The notes under the pieces: generated by a model
Seen by the model: only the letters and a program-made list of their open reading frames with translations
Databases searched by the model: none
What the model was told of the DNA's origin: nothing
Source of the DNA: Vicugna vicugna
Lineage: Eukaryota
DNA length: 64,000 nucleotides
NCBI GenBank assembly: GCA_013265495.1
Contig: MU062090.1
Coordinates: forward strand, 3,845,679 to 3,909,678
Reading direction: 5' to 3'
Translations under genes and position numbers: made by a program
In this document: in pieces, positions 51,235 through 64,000 of the stretch
Numbering within the stretch: position 1 is the first letter of the stretch
Layout of the letters: every line of letters begins with the position of its first letter

Positions 51235-51814
51235 TGCTGCAGGAAAATGGAGTGCAAGAGGATGGCATGTCCCAGGTCCCAGGCGAGTCCCTGGGATGCG
51301 CCTCATCAGGTGAGGGTCCTTGGCTTCAGGCAGAAAAGAATTCAAGAGTGAGCCATCGTAAAGTGAAAGCAAGTTTATTCGGGGAGATACACACTCCATA
51401 GACTGAGTGCGAGCCGTCCCGAAAGGCAAGAAAGAGAAAGGCAGCAGGTGAGAGCATAGGGTGTCTCAGAAAGACAGATCGGCCGCAAGGTGTGGGGGTG
51501 GTTAGTTTCTATGGGCTTGGTGACATCATATGCTAACAAATGTGAGGGTTATTCCAACCACTTTGGGGGAGGGGGAGGGACTCCCAGGAATTGGGCCACT
51601 GCCCACTTCTTGGCCTTTTATGGCCTCAGAACCGTCCTGGCACCTGCAGGAGGGCCATTTGGCAGCTGATAGATTACAATGAGTGCATAATGAAGCTCAA
51701 GGTCTCCTGGGAGTTGGCTTGTCCACCATCTTAGTTCTCACCAGTTTTTGCCCTGTCCTCAATTGCTGTGTCATTCTTTTTAAGGTTGTGCCCTGCTGCC
51801 TTCCTCCTGTCTCA
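51235..51814 (-). mobile_element. ERV1-class solo LTR, 580 bp
   Basis: TG..CA termini and a 4-bp TSD TTAG (51231-51234 and 51815-51818). On the minus strand there is a TATA-like CATAAAAG near 51620 and AATAAACTTGCTTTCAC at 51379 running downward. Many CpGs are retained. Confidence 0.85.
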
Positions 51815-53090
51815 TTAGTGCTCTGTGGAATAACATTATTTTTCTGTTTAAAAAAAAAACAAGTTGAGAGGCTCCCCTTGTCTACAGAACAGTGTTTGTT
51901 TTTATGTGTAAGGTCTCTTTTAAGCAGGGGTCACTGTGCACATCAGACAAGCAGACATTAACCACTTGCCCACATGGCAAATCAGTGGCAAGATTAGCAG
52001 CAAAACCACTGTGGCCTGAGGATGCGCTCTGGTCTTTTTCCCCACTCTCTCGGGGATTCTTCTTAGGAAGTGAGAAGGGTCCTAATTTTTTATAACATCG
52101 AAGAGTTTCCAAAGTTGAACACTAGGCCAAGTTGTGGCTTAACTTAGCAGGTAGGAAAATCAGCCTGGAAAGTTTAATGTCAAAAATTTCCTGTTCACCT
52201 TGTTTACTAATTAGCCACTCAAGCCCCTGAAGGAACTGTTCAAACCAGTTTGAAGTAACATAGTTGATACTTCGTTCTAGTTGAAATCATTCTAGACAAC
52301 CAAAGGACCACAAAACTTCCGTGGGTGGCTTCTGTGTAGATTTAAGTCCTCCTCCATATTAAAGCTATTTCAGCCTTTGAATTAACCAATGAATATACTC
52401 AAAAATCAGAATGAATTGACAGTGACTATTTTTGACTAAGGTAGAATTTATATCACTTTGAACATGAAGGTTTAACCTGAATAGAGATAAATACCCAAAA
52501 GATTTTTGAAGGGGAAATATTGTATTTTTTATTTGTTGACTTCCCAGGCATTTGAATGATTTTTATTAAAAATTGCAGGGTCAAGGGATCGGCTTTGCTA
52601 AATTCAAGCTGAGACAGAGACCATTAGAGAGACAAGATGGTTAATCCTGAAAACCTCAAAAAACACTGTCTCTCACCTAGTTTTACTATAGGGGAAATTT
52701 CTAATTGTACATTTTGCTTCTAAACCGTAAGAATTATCTTCTTCAAGGTGATTTCTGAAACATCATTCATATCTTTCCTTTTCCCACTAAAATTCAAAGA
52801 CAAATGAGAAATACTATTGTACACCAACTATCTGTCAATAAAAAATGGAAAACAAACCAAGAACAAACAGATGAATGAGATATCAACTAGAGAATGGAAT
52901 GAATTTATCTTTATTTATTGTCTTATCTAATGCCTTACATAATTATTTTCCATGAGTGAAATATCTGTCTGGCAAACATTTTCTGAGATGGCTTATAGTT
53001 TTCAAACCATACATATAAGAAAGTGCAATAAATTGGCTTTTTATTCAGCAATCCATGACTGCCTTAGGATTTGACAAGGCACAGAGTCAC

Positions 53091-53207
53091 TTCCTGTGGG
53101 AAGACCCTGTCCAGCCTGGTGAGAAGATACATTGTGGCGTCCCAAGATCACAGTCTTTCTACTGAGCCAGTTACCATCTCTGAGGCCATCTACACCAGCA
53201 CAGTGTC
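53091..53207 (-). pseudogene. Heavily decayed EGF exon (117 bp): HCAGVDGLR..WLSR / DCDLGTPQCIFSPGWTGSSHR, with an internal frameshift
   Basis: ccag|GA and |gtgact boundaries. Resembles the CLNGGLCD..TGRCLCPAGWTG repeat in the correct colinear slot. 2 of 8 Cys positions kept. Confidence 0.65.
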
Positions 53208-54749
53208 CTGGACAAGCCAAATAAGAAGAAGTAGAAAACAAAAGTGTTTTAAACTGTCAAAACAAGTACCCACCATCCCACTAGCTTAAAAAAAAAATCC
53301 TATGATGGACAGAAAGGTGTATTCAAATTTCATCGAATACTTTGCTTCTCACAAATTGGGATTGACCTTTGGTGGTTTATGACAGCATATTTTGCTCAAG
53401 TCTTTATCAAAGGCCTGGTGATAGATCAGCTGTCATCCACCCGTTCCTCAGAATGTCTTTGTATTAAACTAATGGTCCAGCAGAGCAGCCAGCCTGACAG
53501 GCGGTTTATTTATTTGCAATCTGGTAAAAGAACTGACAACTTCATTGTTTTAATTGTTCATTTTTCATGGGTTGATGCATTAGCTCACTCAGATCTTTGT
53601 GCCTCAGTCAGAGAATAAATATATGGGAGTGAGGGCATCAGAATGACTAGGTCCATCTTAAAGTTCAAGACGCTGCAGATGGCTGGGGTGCTGGCTGTGA
53701 TTACCAGCATCCCACAAGCATTTGGGGATTTTTTTTTGTCTTATCTGTGTTCTGCATCTCTTTCCTCTCTTTCAGGAAGACCTATGATGTCAGCTACTGA
53801 TCTGATTGTTTCTTGAAACAATGTCTCTGGTTCTCACAGCCTATTAAGGGAGAAAGACTAGTGTGGGCCTAGAGACTCTCTGTCCCAGTCAGGGTGGGGA
53901 CCTGCCAGACAGAGGCCCAGAGACCTCAGACACCAAGATATCATCAAGGGCAGATCCAGCTCAGTCAGAGCCTCTCAAAACCACCAGCAAGTTTGTTTTG
54001 TTTGTTTTGGTTTTGGTTTTTGGTTTTGTGTGTGTGTTTTTTTTTTTTTTTTTTTTTCAAGTGAATGTTTGGTAGGGATTGAATATATGTATTTTAAAAA
54101 TCCTATGATGAACTCCTGGTTGAGAACCATTGATCTAGAGCACAGCCCAACACCCTCAGTTTACAGATAAGACGTCCAGTAGATTGAATCGTCCACCCAA
54201 AGTCGTAGCTACTTAGCAACAGAGCTAAAACTAGAACCCGGGGGGCCTGACCCTTAGATAAATGACCCTTTCATTCTCCACACCAGCCACCACTCTCCAG
54301 GGGCCACTGAGACTCTGGGAGGAGGTGCAGTCAAGACCTTTTGCACAAAATGGAGGTGATCATGTGCTCTCAAGGCTCATTCAAACGCTGGTCCTCAAGG
54401 AGAAGGAGACACCTCCACAGTCCAGTTGTAAACATGAAGGGGGTTCCCATGAAGCTATTGGTACCCAAATTGTGTTATCACTTTATTGTTTTTCCTTCAT
54501 ATAAAAACTGAGCACTGCTGGGAAGGGGCAGTATTTTATTATTTTTGATGCACTTGCTACCTCACATAGAACCTAGAACACAGATGGTGATCAATGAACA
54601 TTTGGTGCAGGAAAGACAAAGGGAAGGAGGGAATGCTCCCCCCGTCCAATATGCACAACTGAGTGCAAGGGTGATCCTACACAGAAGCAGAACCCTGGCT
54701 CCTGGTATGGCACGTTTATGCATTCATTTGCTTATTACACAATTATTCA

Positions 54750-55400
54750 CCATTTATTATTCACAGGGGCCTGTGCTTGGTGCTGATCATATGAAATTGA
54801 GGAAGAATAGTATCTGTTTTCCAGAATCCAAGAGACTGATTCAGGGAGACATGTGAAAAGTTGAGACAGAACATTCTGACAAGTGCTACGAATAGAGACA
54901 ATTTTTTAAAAAGGCTAAGGAATCTAAAAGAAAAGACCAATTAACCCTGTTAGGAGGAAATCAGAGTGTTTTCAGAGAGGCAGCATTAGAACTGGGTCTA
55001 GAAGGGTAGAAATTCATCAGTCAGAAGGCAGAGAATGAATGAGTCAAGTCTTTTAGGGAGAGTGATACATACATTTGCTTCATGGCCAGAGGACAGGGTT
55101 TAGGAACTAGTATGATCTTGAAGACTTGTGCTGGCTCTTAAAAGTGACGCTTTTTAAATATCAGACTGGAGGCTTAATCTGGTTCTCACAGGTTGCCATA
55201 GAAACGTTGTCATCAGATTGATGAGTGTGCATTTCAGATTGGAGGATGAGCGCCCAGTGGAGAGGGGCACTGCAGGCATCACAGCGAGAGTCAGAACCTT
55301 GAACGGGGGATCTGGACAAAGATGGAGATGAGGGGTTGAACCCAGAGATTATTTCTGAGGTGGAATGACTAGGGCCAGATGACTGCGTAAGAGATTCGAG
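54750..55400 (-). mobile_element. L2 fragment
   Basis: cattcatttgcttatt..gggcctgtgcttggtgctg..ttagaactgggtctagaagg..gatgaggggttgaaccc..ggaatgactagggcc. Confidence 0.55.
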
Positions 55401-56439
55401 GAAATGCTCTCTCTGTTCCTAAATCTTTCTTTCACTGTCTGTTTCATCATTTGTTTTTGCCACATGGCATCTGTCTTCCAAAATGGCCTAATATGCTCAT
55501 GTGCCAGGTACAAATGAGTTAGAAAACATCGACACCGACTTCAGAAGGCCACAGCAAATAAACAAACCTGAATCAGCACGCAGCCATTGTTAGGTTTTTG
55601 ATAACAAGCCTTTTCAGTTTACCTTGGCAGTCAGAGCACTGGCTGGAGAGGGCAGGCTGACAGAGCAGGGGCATTGTAAGAGCTGTAAAGCCTGGATAAT
55701 CCAGCAGTTCCAGAATCGGAGAGCAGGGTGTGGATCAGAAAAGAGAGAAGAGCCTAAGACCGTGGAGCTGGGAAAGGTCCCGCAGGCAAGTTCCACCTGG
55801 CTCATTTGCTCCCAGGCTCACTTTCTGAGCACGTGCTCATACGCAGCACGCTCCCGAAGGTGATGTTTGGAGTGTTTCAGGGTTGAAGTCAAAGTGGTAA
55901 TGTTCCTTTTTGCAGTGGGTGCCTTATATGCCGTGGTCGGCATGGTGTCTCACTGAGGCACTGGTAATGACTTGTTGCCCCTTTGGTGGAACTTGGTGGC
56001 TGCCATTCTCCAGATGTGTGGACAGTACTGATGAACACCTAGCAACACCATGTCCTCTTCATCAGTGCTCCAGATAAAAGCCAATCAACAAGTGAAATCT
56101 CTGGAACTTTAACATTTCAACTTAATACAGATGGATTATATTAACACCCAAAGAAGAAATATATCCCCTCTGAAAACCAAGGGTTAATTCATTCACATCT
56201 ATGTTTCAATCTTTTCGTGTGTTTTATTCAGCCCCCAGAAGGTGAAAATAAGTTATACAGTTAAAATTGTGGTCAGGAGACTCTGATCTCCAGCAGGTGT
56301 TCAGAATGCAGGAACTCAAGCGGAAAGAGAAAAGAGTTTGCAGAAATGAAAGAAGGTAAGAATGACCACATAGCAGGTTTTGAGAAATGAATGTCTTGGA
56401 AACCTGAGGAAAATCTTGTGATTAAACAGCTGACACTTC

Positions 56440-56625
56440 TGAGTACCTACTGTGTGCCAGATCTGTTGTAAGCCCTCTCCCTGTATTATTTCATTTCATG
56501 ACCACAGCCATCCGTGAGGGAATGTCTATTATTGTTTTCATTTTACAGAAGGAGCTAAGGCAATGCACGTGAAGTCGTTTGCCCAAGCTTGCACAGCCTG
56601 GGCCAGCACTGATGACTCAGGACTG
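56440..56625 (-). mobile_element. MIR SINE
   Basis: gagtacctactgtgtgccag..ttttcattttacagaaggagctaagg..cccaagcttgcacagc. Confidence 0.6.
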
Positions 56626-57564
56626 TTTTCCTCAATGTGACGTTATGTCTCTTCCCAGGAGTCACTACACCAGCAGAGAGATGTGGACATACCCTATTGG
56701 TTTAGGGGCCATTAAGAAAGGACCTAAGATACATGTTCCTACCTCACTTCACAGAACCAGGACAGTATGGTGAGAGGAGACCCAGCATGAGCACTGGGAG
56801 TTATCAATTCTTACCCATGTGACTCTGGGAAAGTCGCGTCTCTGAGGGCCATATTGGTTTTTGCCATTTCTATAGCCCTATTTAGTTTTACATTTCAAAT
56901 ACTTTTTATTATGAAAGTGATCAGTAAAGCACCTACAGTGATGGCAATCTGGCACGTTCTACACCAGTATGGGCATGTGATAAGTTGGCTATATTACATT
57001 CAAAACCACAGTAACTGATCCGTAAAATTAGGTCCTATCATTTTCTGCTTCTCGATGACAACAATTAGATACTACGCCGGACATGCTATGTCACTAATCA
57101 CTGCTCTCCTCAAGATCCATAGAATTAAAAGGACAGGAGTAACGTATAGAAGGAAGGAGACCCACGTCCAGTCCACCGAGTTAGTGGATAGCACCAATCA
57201 CGCTGGATGCAAGAATCCTACTTGGAAATGGTAGCAGGAGTTTTCAGTAGTATCTGCTCTGAACTCACAGTTTGGATGAAGAGCAATATCGTGATTAGAC
57301 AAAGAGGGCAGACCAGGTATAGGGGTGCTTACGTAGCAGGCAAGAGGCCCTGGAATCCCAAATACTGGAGTGTTTCTGCTTCTTCTCAAGTGGGTGAATA
57401 CTCCCCTCGACGTATAGCCACGATAAAGTTTATAGAATCCAGGAGCGGCATGATCAATAGTAATTATTTTCTTTTTTCAGATTTGCTACTAGAAGAGAGG
57501 CAATTGCTCTTTGACTATTATCCTAGTGTGTTAATTTTTGGTATGCATGTAAAATGAATACTTA

Positions 57565-57800
57565 ATGAATTTTCTTAATTGAAATACAGTCAATTTACAA
57601 TGTTATGTTTATTTCTGGTGTACAGCACAGTGATTCAGTTACACATATATATTCATTTTAATATTCTTTTTTATATAGGCCATTACAAGGTATTGCATAT
57701 AGTTGCAATATGCTGTACATTAAGACCTTATTATTTATCTATTTTATATATAGTAGTTAGCATCTATAAATCCCTAATTCCTGATTTATCCCTTCCCCCC
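57565..57800 (-). mobile_element. Cetartiodactyl-type L1 3' end
   Basis: taattgaaatacagtcaatttacaatgttatg..gtgattcagttacacatat..ataggccattacaaggtattg. Confidence 0.75.
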
Positions 57801-60644
57801 AAATTTTCTTCATATCATTATTAAGGTCAATGAAAGTCAACAAATGATGTTCACATACACTAATGAAACATCTGTATTAGTGATCAGCTCAAGCCCTCAC
57901 CTGGCAAACAGATGTCTACCCTGAATATTATTCCCCCTTTATCGCTATGGAAAACTGAAGCATCAAAAACAGAAACACAAGGGAAGCAATGCTACTTTGC
58001 ATAATGCAATAATATCAAAGGTAGTAGAATAAGCAGCTTCTCGTCAGTTCAAATCATAAAACCATTGCTTTTAGGCCATGGCTTGTGAAAGCAAATGCCT
58101 TTTCTTAATGCCAATATTTTACAGACATATAAATATTCACTCACAAACATCCACTTAAGTTTCACTCGTTCAATTTCAAATATCAATTTAATGCTTACTA
58201 TGGGGCAGACACTGAACTTATTTAGGAAAAACTCAAATTTGACTAGATCTCAGAGTTTTCACTCTTTCAAAGTCACCCCTTTGTGTGAATTCCTTAAAGA
58301 TAAGAACAAGAAGATACTTGAAAGATACTGGCCGTTAACTTTTATGAACTGTTCATCTCAACTTCAGCTACTGTAGCCGCTAATGCTCCAAAACAAACTC
58401 AACTCAATCGGTAATAAAATACTGCAAATCTCTATAAAGCTTTTTCCCTTCCTAATGGCAGTTTTCTTGTTCCAAAGTAAGGGACTGAAATGAACAACTT
58501 CATTTTACCGCTCTTTCCTTACATATTGTCCTCAATATGTCACATTCTTTCTTAATAATCTGAAAGCATTTTCATTTGTGCCTTGGGAATGACTAGAAGA
58601 GCTTTTACTGTTATTAAGTCTAGATCAAATCAATCCAGTCTAAATAAGGCACGGGACTAATGCTTCTTTAACCATTCCTTCTTCTTACCAATTATTCACA
58701 ACTATATTGGTGGCCTTGTTAGGAAATCCTTGACATCCGTGATCAGAGGTCCCAGATGCAGGCCACTTTCATACATTTTGCTGACAACCTTTGAACCAAG
58801 CTGCCAAGTCAAAGCTTACCATAGTCTTAAAATCTAAATGGTGATTCATTGTTTGCTTACAGAGAGACAGATTACCATTGTTAACTTGACCTCAGCCTCT
58901 AACTCCAAGTCAAAAATGCTTGAAGACACGGGCATCTTAACTAGAGCAAGACATAAATCAAATTACCTTCAACACCACAAAGAAATGAATGGTTGGCATC
59001 TCATGAACTGTAAAGGGCAGTGGGTTTTCCATGGAAGATGAAGTTGAGACTGATGACAAAAGATCCCATTACTTAATTGAGTTTAATAAAATATGGAGGA
59101 ACAAACTTTGCCATGATTTCAAATAGTTTGATGAATAAACAGGGTCATTCTGAGAGCTTGCTAACTGCAGAGTCCTTGGGAGTAAAGTTTTTCTAGGAGC
59201 AGGAACGAGACACGAGAGGAACTACCCAGTAGCATGCATGATGTTGTCTTCATTTCCTTCCTACCAGCAAATCAAGTTAGATTATATTGTTTTAATTGGC
59301 TCACTTGCAGGATTTAGAGCAAGGTAAGGGTAGAGGAGAGAGAGTAAAAAGGCTGCTACGAGGAGACAAGGGAAAATATTTGTTCCAGAGAAGATAAATT
59401 TTGGTAAGTGAAGGAGGGCTGCAGCAAGGTTAGGCGAGCTCTAAGGCCAGGCCAAACATGAGCATCAAGTAAGAATTTTACGAGCATGTTACATCTCATC
59501 ATGTCACGAGTTAAACTGCAATTTTATTAAATGCTGGTTGAACTGAATTGAGGCAGTGTGGATCCACAATTGAGGAAAAGAAAGACTTGGAAGTTTAAAT
59601 AATAACAGATCATTATTGTTTTTGGTATATGACACCAGCTCTACTTTTTCCAGTAAGTTTGAACTGGAAACTAGAGGTAAAAACTAAAATGCCTATATGT
59701 TTTTAAAAAACACTTATAAAGTCCAGTTTTAAAAACCAAACAAAATTAAAATTAAATGCTGAAAAAGGTCTAATACTGATGAGACAACACTGATCCTAAT
59801 GTTTCAGAAGGCTGCAGGCATTGTTTACTTTCTGCTTTAGGTCTGGGACGACCCGGCCAGAAGCGTGTGATGATTCAGCATCGTTGCTCTTGATATCTCC
59901 CTAAAGGTACTGATTTCACGAAACAAAATCTTTTTTGACAGTTGGTCTAGAAAAAAAAGCCCTTTTCCACACAAACAGCAAATAAGCTCTTCAGAGGTTC
60001 TTCCCAAAATGCTCTGTAATTCAGCGTTTTCAACGAAAGATGATATATCCCAGAAACACTAGAGACATTTCTCCTTTTAAGAGTTTGCCAAAGCGCACGC
60101 GCTTGTGAAATCCGGAGGTTTTTAACATTGGCGCAAGCAAGTTATTTAGAAACATATGAACATTTCTTTGGGTCTCTGGACAATGCAACTTAATAGAAAG
60201 TGATATACACGTGCACCTGAGGATGCTAACGATGCGTGTGTGAACCTAGGGCCCCAGCAAGGCACAGGTATACCTAGGAATATGAATGCATTCATGTGCC
60301 TCTTACTGTGTGACTTCATCAACCTGCTGTCAAAAGCGTTGGCTGAAACATGAAAAGCTCAACTATGCACCTCGTTATTTTGCCTGCATTAACTGGTCTG
60401 ATTTTTTTTCCCTTTGAATGAATTGAGCTGATCAGTTGTGTTCATGCTATGGAGTTGAGCTTCTCTCACCTTCAAAGAATTGAAAATATACAGCCTCTTT
60501 CCCCAAATAGCAATTAAATGACAATATTTTTAAAGTAGTCGCAAGTCAACATGAGAACAGAGTGTAAGAAACACCTATATTTGGGTATATGTTCATTAAC
60601 CAGAATTTTACCCATTTTAAAGCGTAGGAAACTATTGGAGAAAA

Positions 60645-60743
60645 AAAGGTGCATGTGAGATGCCCCTCTGTACACGGTGTGGGGTGGAACTGCTCAGGCC
60701 ACCTCCATTGCTGCCTTTGGCTCCAAACCAGCCAGGGAGCGGT
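60645..60743 (-). pseudogene. Possible very decayed EGF exon: (R)S-PGWFGAK..GSNGGG..HRV..EG..LTC
   Basis: Motifs PGWFG, NGG, H..EG and L-x-C appear in the order expected for the next upstream repeat. Several Cys positions are one substitution from TGY (CGC, GGC, CGT). No intact splice sites. Confidence 0.35.
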
Positions 60744-61769
60744 CGGGAGAGCTTAGAGATGGACTGACAGTGTAACACACCTGGTGACAATTCGACCCCC
60801 AGAACTCTGTCTGATCAAGCTGAAAATTGGAAATAACAAATCAGCTTCTCCTTCCTTCCTTCCACTTCTCCTCTCCTGTCCTCTCCTCTCTAAAATACTG
60901 TTCCTGTTTCTGTGTACCACTCCAGTAACTGGCAAATGAACCAACTCTGTTTCTAGCCTTCTGGACATAAACTTTCCAACCACTGAGAAACTTCTTAATG
61001 TTTTAAAAATAGTTTCCCCAATCATATTGAAAACCATTTTTGATCCCCTGTCAAATTATTCATTACTTCTCTAACACAGAACATGGAGAATTTTATGTAC
61101 AATATCTGTTAGAGAAAATATACAACAATTTAAAATATTCAGTCCAAAGATTATTTTATACAACTGATAGGAAATTACTGCAGAGTTGGAGCTTTATAAT
61201 CAAAAATCACATTTTCAATACGGAAAGTTACAGCACAAGGCAGAAACAAATTCAAGTTTATCTACACAAATCTTTTTCCTTTCTGGTTTGTATAAATAAA
61301 TTTTTATTAAATTATTATTTTTTACAATAACATTCACACTCAGGAATTCATTGAATTCATCCCATATACATAACTCATTTCTCACAAACAAAAACTATAG
61401 CCATGTATATAACTAGCTCACTTTGCCTTATTCATATGTATTTTCCTTTTTGAGCAATGCCATATTTTTCAAGTTCATAAGTTGGCAGCTAATAGTAACA
61501 AATCTGCCCCCACTTGATCTCTTTTATTTCAAATATACAGTTAATTACTAAACATGGAACTTGCATAGAACAACCTAAAAATTTAGAGACCTCAAAATAA
61601 GAAATTATTGAGCTACTTAAGTCACACTGATTTTCATCCGGTTGGAGAAGCGGCTGGGAAGGAGAGGGCTATATCCTCAATTAGCATCGGTCAGAATCTA
61701 ACAAAATTCCTACACCCAGGAAGGCTAGAATGTGTTTTAAAATCTTCTGTTCTAAAGCTTGAAGTATAT

Positions 61770-61901
61770 NNNNNNNNNNNNNNNNNNNNNNNNNNNNNNN
61801 NNNNNNNNNNNNNNNNNNNNNNNNNNNNNNNNNNNNNNNNNNNNNNNNNNNNNNNNNNNNNNNNNNNNNNNNNNNNNNNNNNNNNNNNNNNNNNNNNNNN
61901 N
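61770..61901. other. Assembly gap (N run)
   Basis: 132 N. Confidence 0.99.
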
Positions 61902-64000
61902 GAAAGAAATAAGCCTACCCCAGTGCATCTAGTGGCTCCTTACCACTCTATTATTCTACATCTGGAATTCTGCATTTACAAAGACCCAGAGATGCTCCAA
62001 AAAAGTAAGCATAGAAACCACCTCGGACATAGTCTGTGCTGAAACACATACCTCCTGCTCTCTAGTCCCTAAATTATCCCCTTAAGAGAAGCTCTCCTTT
62101 GAGTCTCTGAATGCTATTTATATGTACTCTCCACACCCTGGAAGACATAGTCCACTGACAGCGAAACTGAGATAGCACCCTTCCAGTGCAGATCACTGGG
62201 ATAAAGCTAAACTCAGCGAGGGGGAGGGTGGAAGGAGGAAAGGGGCCCAACTGGGGGCAACATGGTTGAGACGGGGGTGGGGGTGAGGAGGGAAGCAGAC
62301 GAACTTTGCAATTTTCCAGGGTGGGCTTGTCCCTTGATGGGATATTTTTGGGTCCAGTGGGATATAAATGGCTATCACAAAAGGAATTGGGTTTCTGTCC
62401 CAGGAAAATGAACAAAACTGGTACAACAAACTTGCCAACTTTTGTAATAATTATTTTTAACCTGCTACTTCGGTATATATTTAACCTCATAATAAAAATA
62501 TTTGTTAGGAAAAAATACTTGACATTTCAGTTCTGGGCATTTTGTTCTTTGCTCAAAACTGAGAGGAAAGGGTGGGTGCTGTAGTTTAGACTGGAGAGAA
62601 AAGAATGGGCAAGCTGTGAACGGCAGTCTCTGAGGAGAAAGCGAGAAACAGGCTCAGAAGGTGAAGTAAAATTCATTTATTCAAGTTCTCTATACTGAAA
62701 ATCATAATAGTGAAGTGAAAAGAACACTGTTCAAAGTCTCGTCTGGATGCTAAAAACAATAATATCCACCTACCTTCCTTTACAGAATTTTTCTAATAAT
62801 TTTCTTCAAATGATTTAAAAGTATCATGGAAATTTTTAAATATTTATTTAGATCTAGCACTGGCTTTATTATCGCTAGTTTATGGAAGCCAGGTCAGTTT
62901 GCCCACTGATGTTTTTTTCTGGAACCATTAACAACTGGTCATCTTACCTTCATCTTCCCCTAAAATCTGTAAAGCAAAATTTCACAATTTTTTTTTCAAC
63001 TTTCAATTTAATTTATTAGTTGTAGTTAGTTATCATAGACCTAGACATTTTAAAGAATACTGCCAAGATACTATTTTTCCTTTAACAGACTGGCAAAGAT
63101 TAGTTTAGCATACCCAGTGTTTGCCAGGGTTAGAGCTGAAGGGCACTTTCACACATAGTGTGAGTTTAAATCACTAAATCACAGCTTGTTGTTTTGTTTT
63201 GTTTTGTTTTGAGATAGACGCACTTTCGCAAAATTTATTAAAGTTTTAAATAAATAAGCCTTGCTATTATGCAGCTAGGAAATTTAACACTCAGAGAAAC
63301 TCTCATATCCATGCAAAGAAATAAATGAAACAATGTTCACTGCAGTATTTTTTTTAATACCAAAATACTGAAAACAATCTAAATGTCCATCTATAGGGGT
63401 TTTGTTAAACAAATCAATTTAGGGTCATACAATAGAATATTCTGAAACCATATGGAAGAAAATGTAGATCTGTGTGAACTGACAGGAAAATAGGCCTACA
63501 ATTCATAATTTAGTGAATAAAACAGATACACAAGACATAAAATTAATGTTTGGTACAATTACATTTCTGTTTAAAGAAAACTGTGCAATGGACTGGGAGG
63601 GGGAAATTGGCAGGGAAGCTTTTCACTCTATACACTTCTGTACCATCACTTAGAATATATATACAAATATAAAAATAATGAGTTTGATGGGAAAATAAGA
63701 ACATAAAAGTATTTACCTTTTTTTGATTCCCTGGCCCAGACACACAAGGAAGGTGGGAGCTGTGGCCCTCTAGTGGAGAACTTTAGCAATGCACTTCTCT
63801 TACTAAATCCCACATTCTAAAGAAACCTCAACATCTGACTTTATTTATGGGTAGAATCAACTAGAATGTATATCAGGTAACACCAAAACTATATATATAT
63901 ATATATGTAAACTTAGTGCCCTTGAATTTAATTTCTGCTTTCCAGTCTTGGAAACATCCTAATACAATTTGAATTGAGGATGCATTTTCTTTGGGCAACA

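Larger units (their letters stand above)
21605..53207 (-). pseudogene. EGFEM1: 3' half of a MEGF6-paralogous multi-EGF gene (probably EGFEM1), disabled in this region; may extend to about 60743 and beyond the window
   Basis: Ten phase-1 exons whose translations follow, in order, my recollection of the C-terminal EGF repeats of human MEGF6 (e.g. CQCPAENEECHPVT vs CQCPGENPACHPAT; [12 protein letters not shown] vs [12 protein letters not shown]). Four frame or splice lesions are seen directly. The symbol is inferred: MEGF6 itself is compact and GC-rich, whereas its paralog EGFEM1 (EGFEM1P in human) is long-intron and AT-rich. Confidence 0.75.

Noticed and set aside
53390-53520. Another possible decayed EGF exon (ttttaccag|AT TGC..GTG GAT GAC AGC TGA..TCA CCA GGC)
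   Set aside because: It has immediate stops, no usable Cys spacing and no donor, and there is no clear free slot in the colinear series.

Overview
AT-rich mammalian genomic DNA, very likely from a camelid: it carries a tRNA-Ala-derived Vic-1-type SINE and cetartiodactyl-type L1 3' ends. The minus strand holds the 3' half of a MEGF6-like gene as a colinear series of phase-1/phase-1 exons, each encoding one 8-Cys EGF/laminin-EGF-type repeat. The AT-rich, long-intron setting best fits the MEGF6 paralog EGFEM1; this is inferred from recalled protein sequence, not from a search. Eight exons (47.2 to 21.6 kb) keep 63 of 64 Cys codons and nearly all splice sites, yet carry four independent disabling lesions: a TGA formed only across a splice junction, a 17-bp frameshifting deletion, a Cys-to-TGA change, and an AG>AA acceptor loss. 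Two, possibly three, further upstream exons (48.5, 53.1, perhaps 60.7 kb) are far more decayed, which suggests loss in two stages. A perfect 14-bp inverted repeat could mask the last exon's 3' splice site, and a gene-sense ERV solo LTR with an intact 4-bp TSD lies among the decayed exons. The rest is intronic or intergenic DNA with L1, L2, MIR, MaLR and hAT repeats, microsatellites and two assembly gaps. I see no evidence for a new molecular system beyond this gene relic. Repeat boundaries and family names are approximate, judged by eye.
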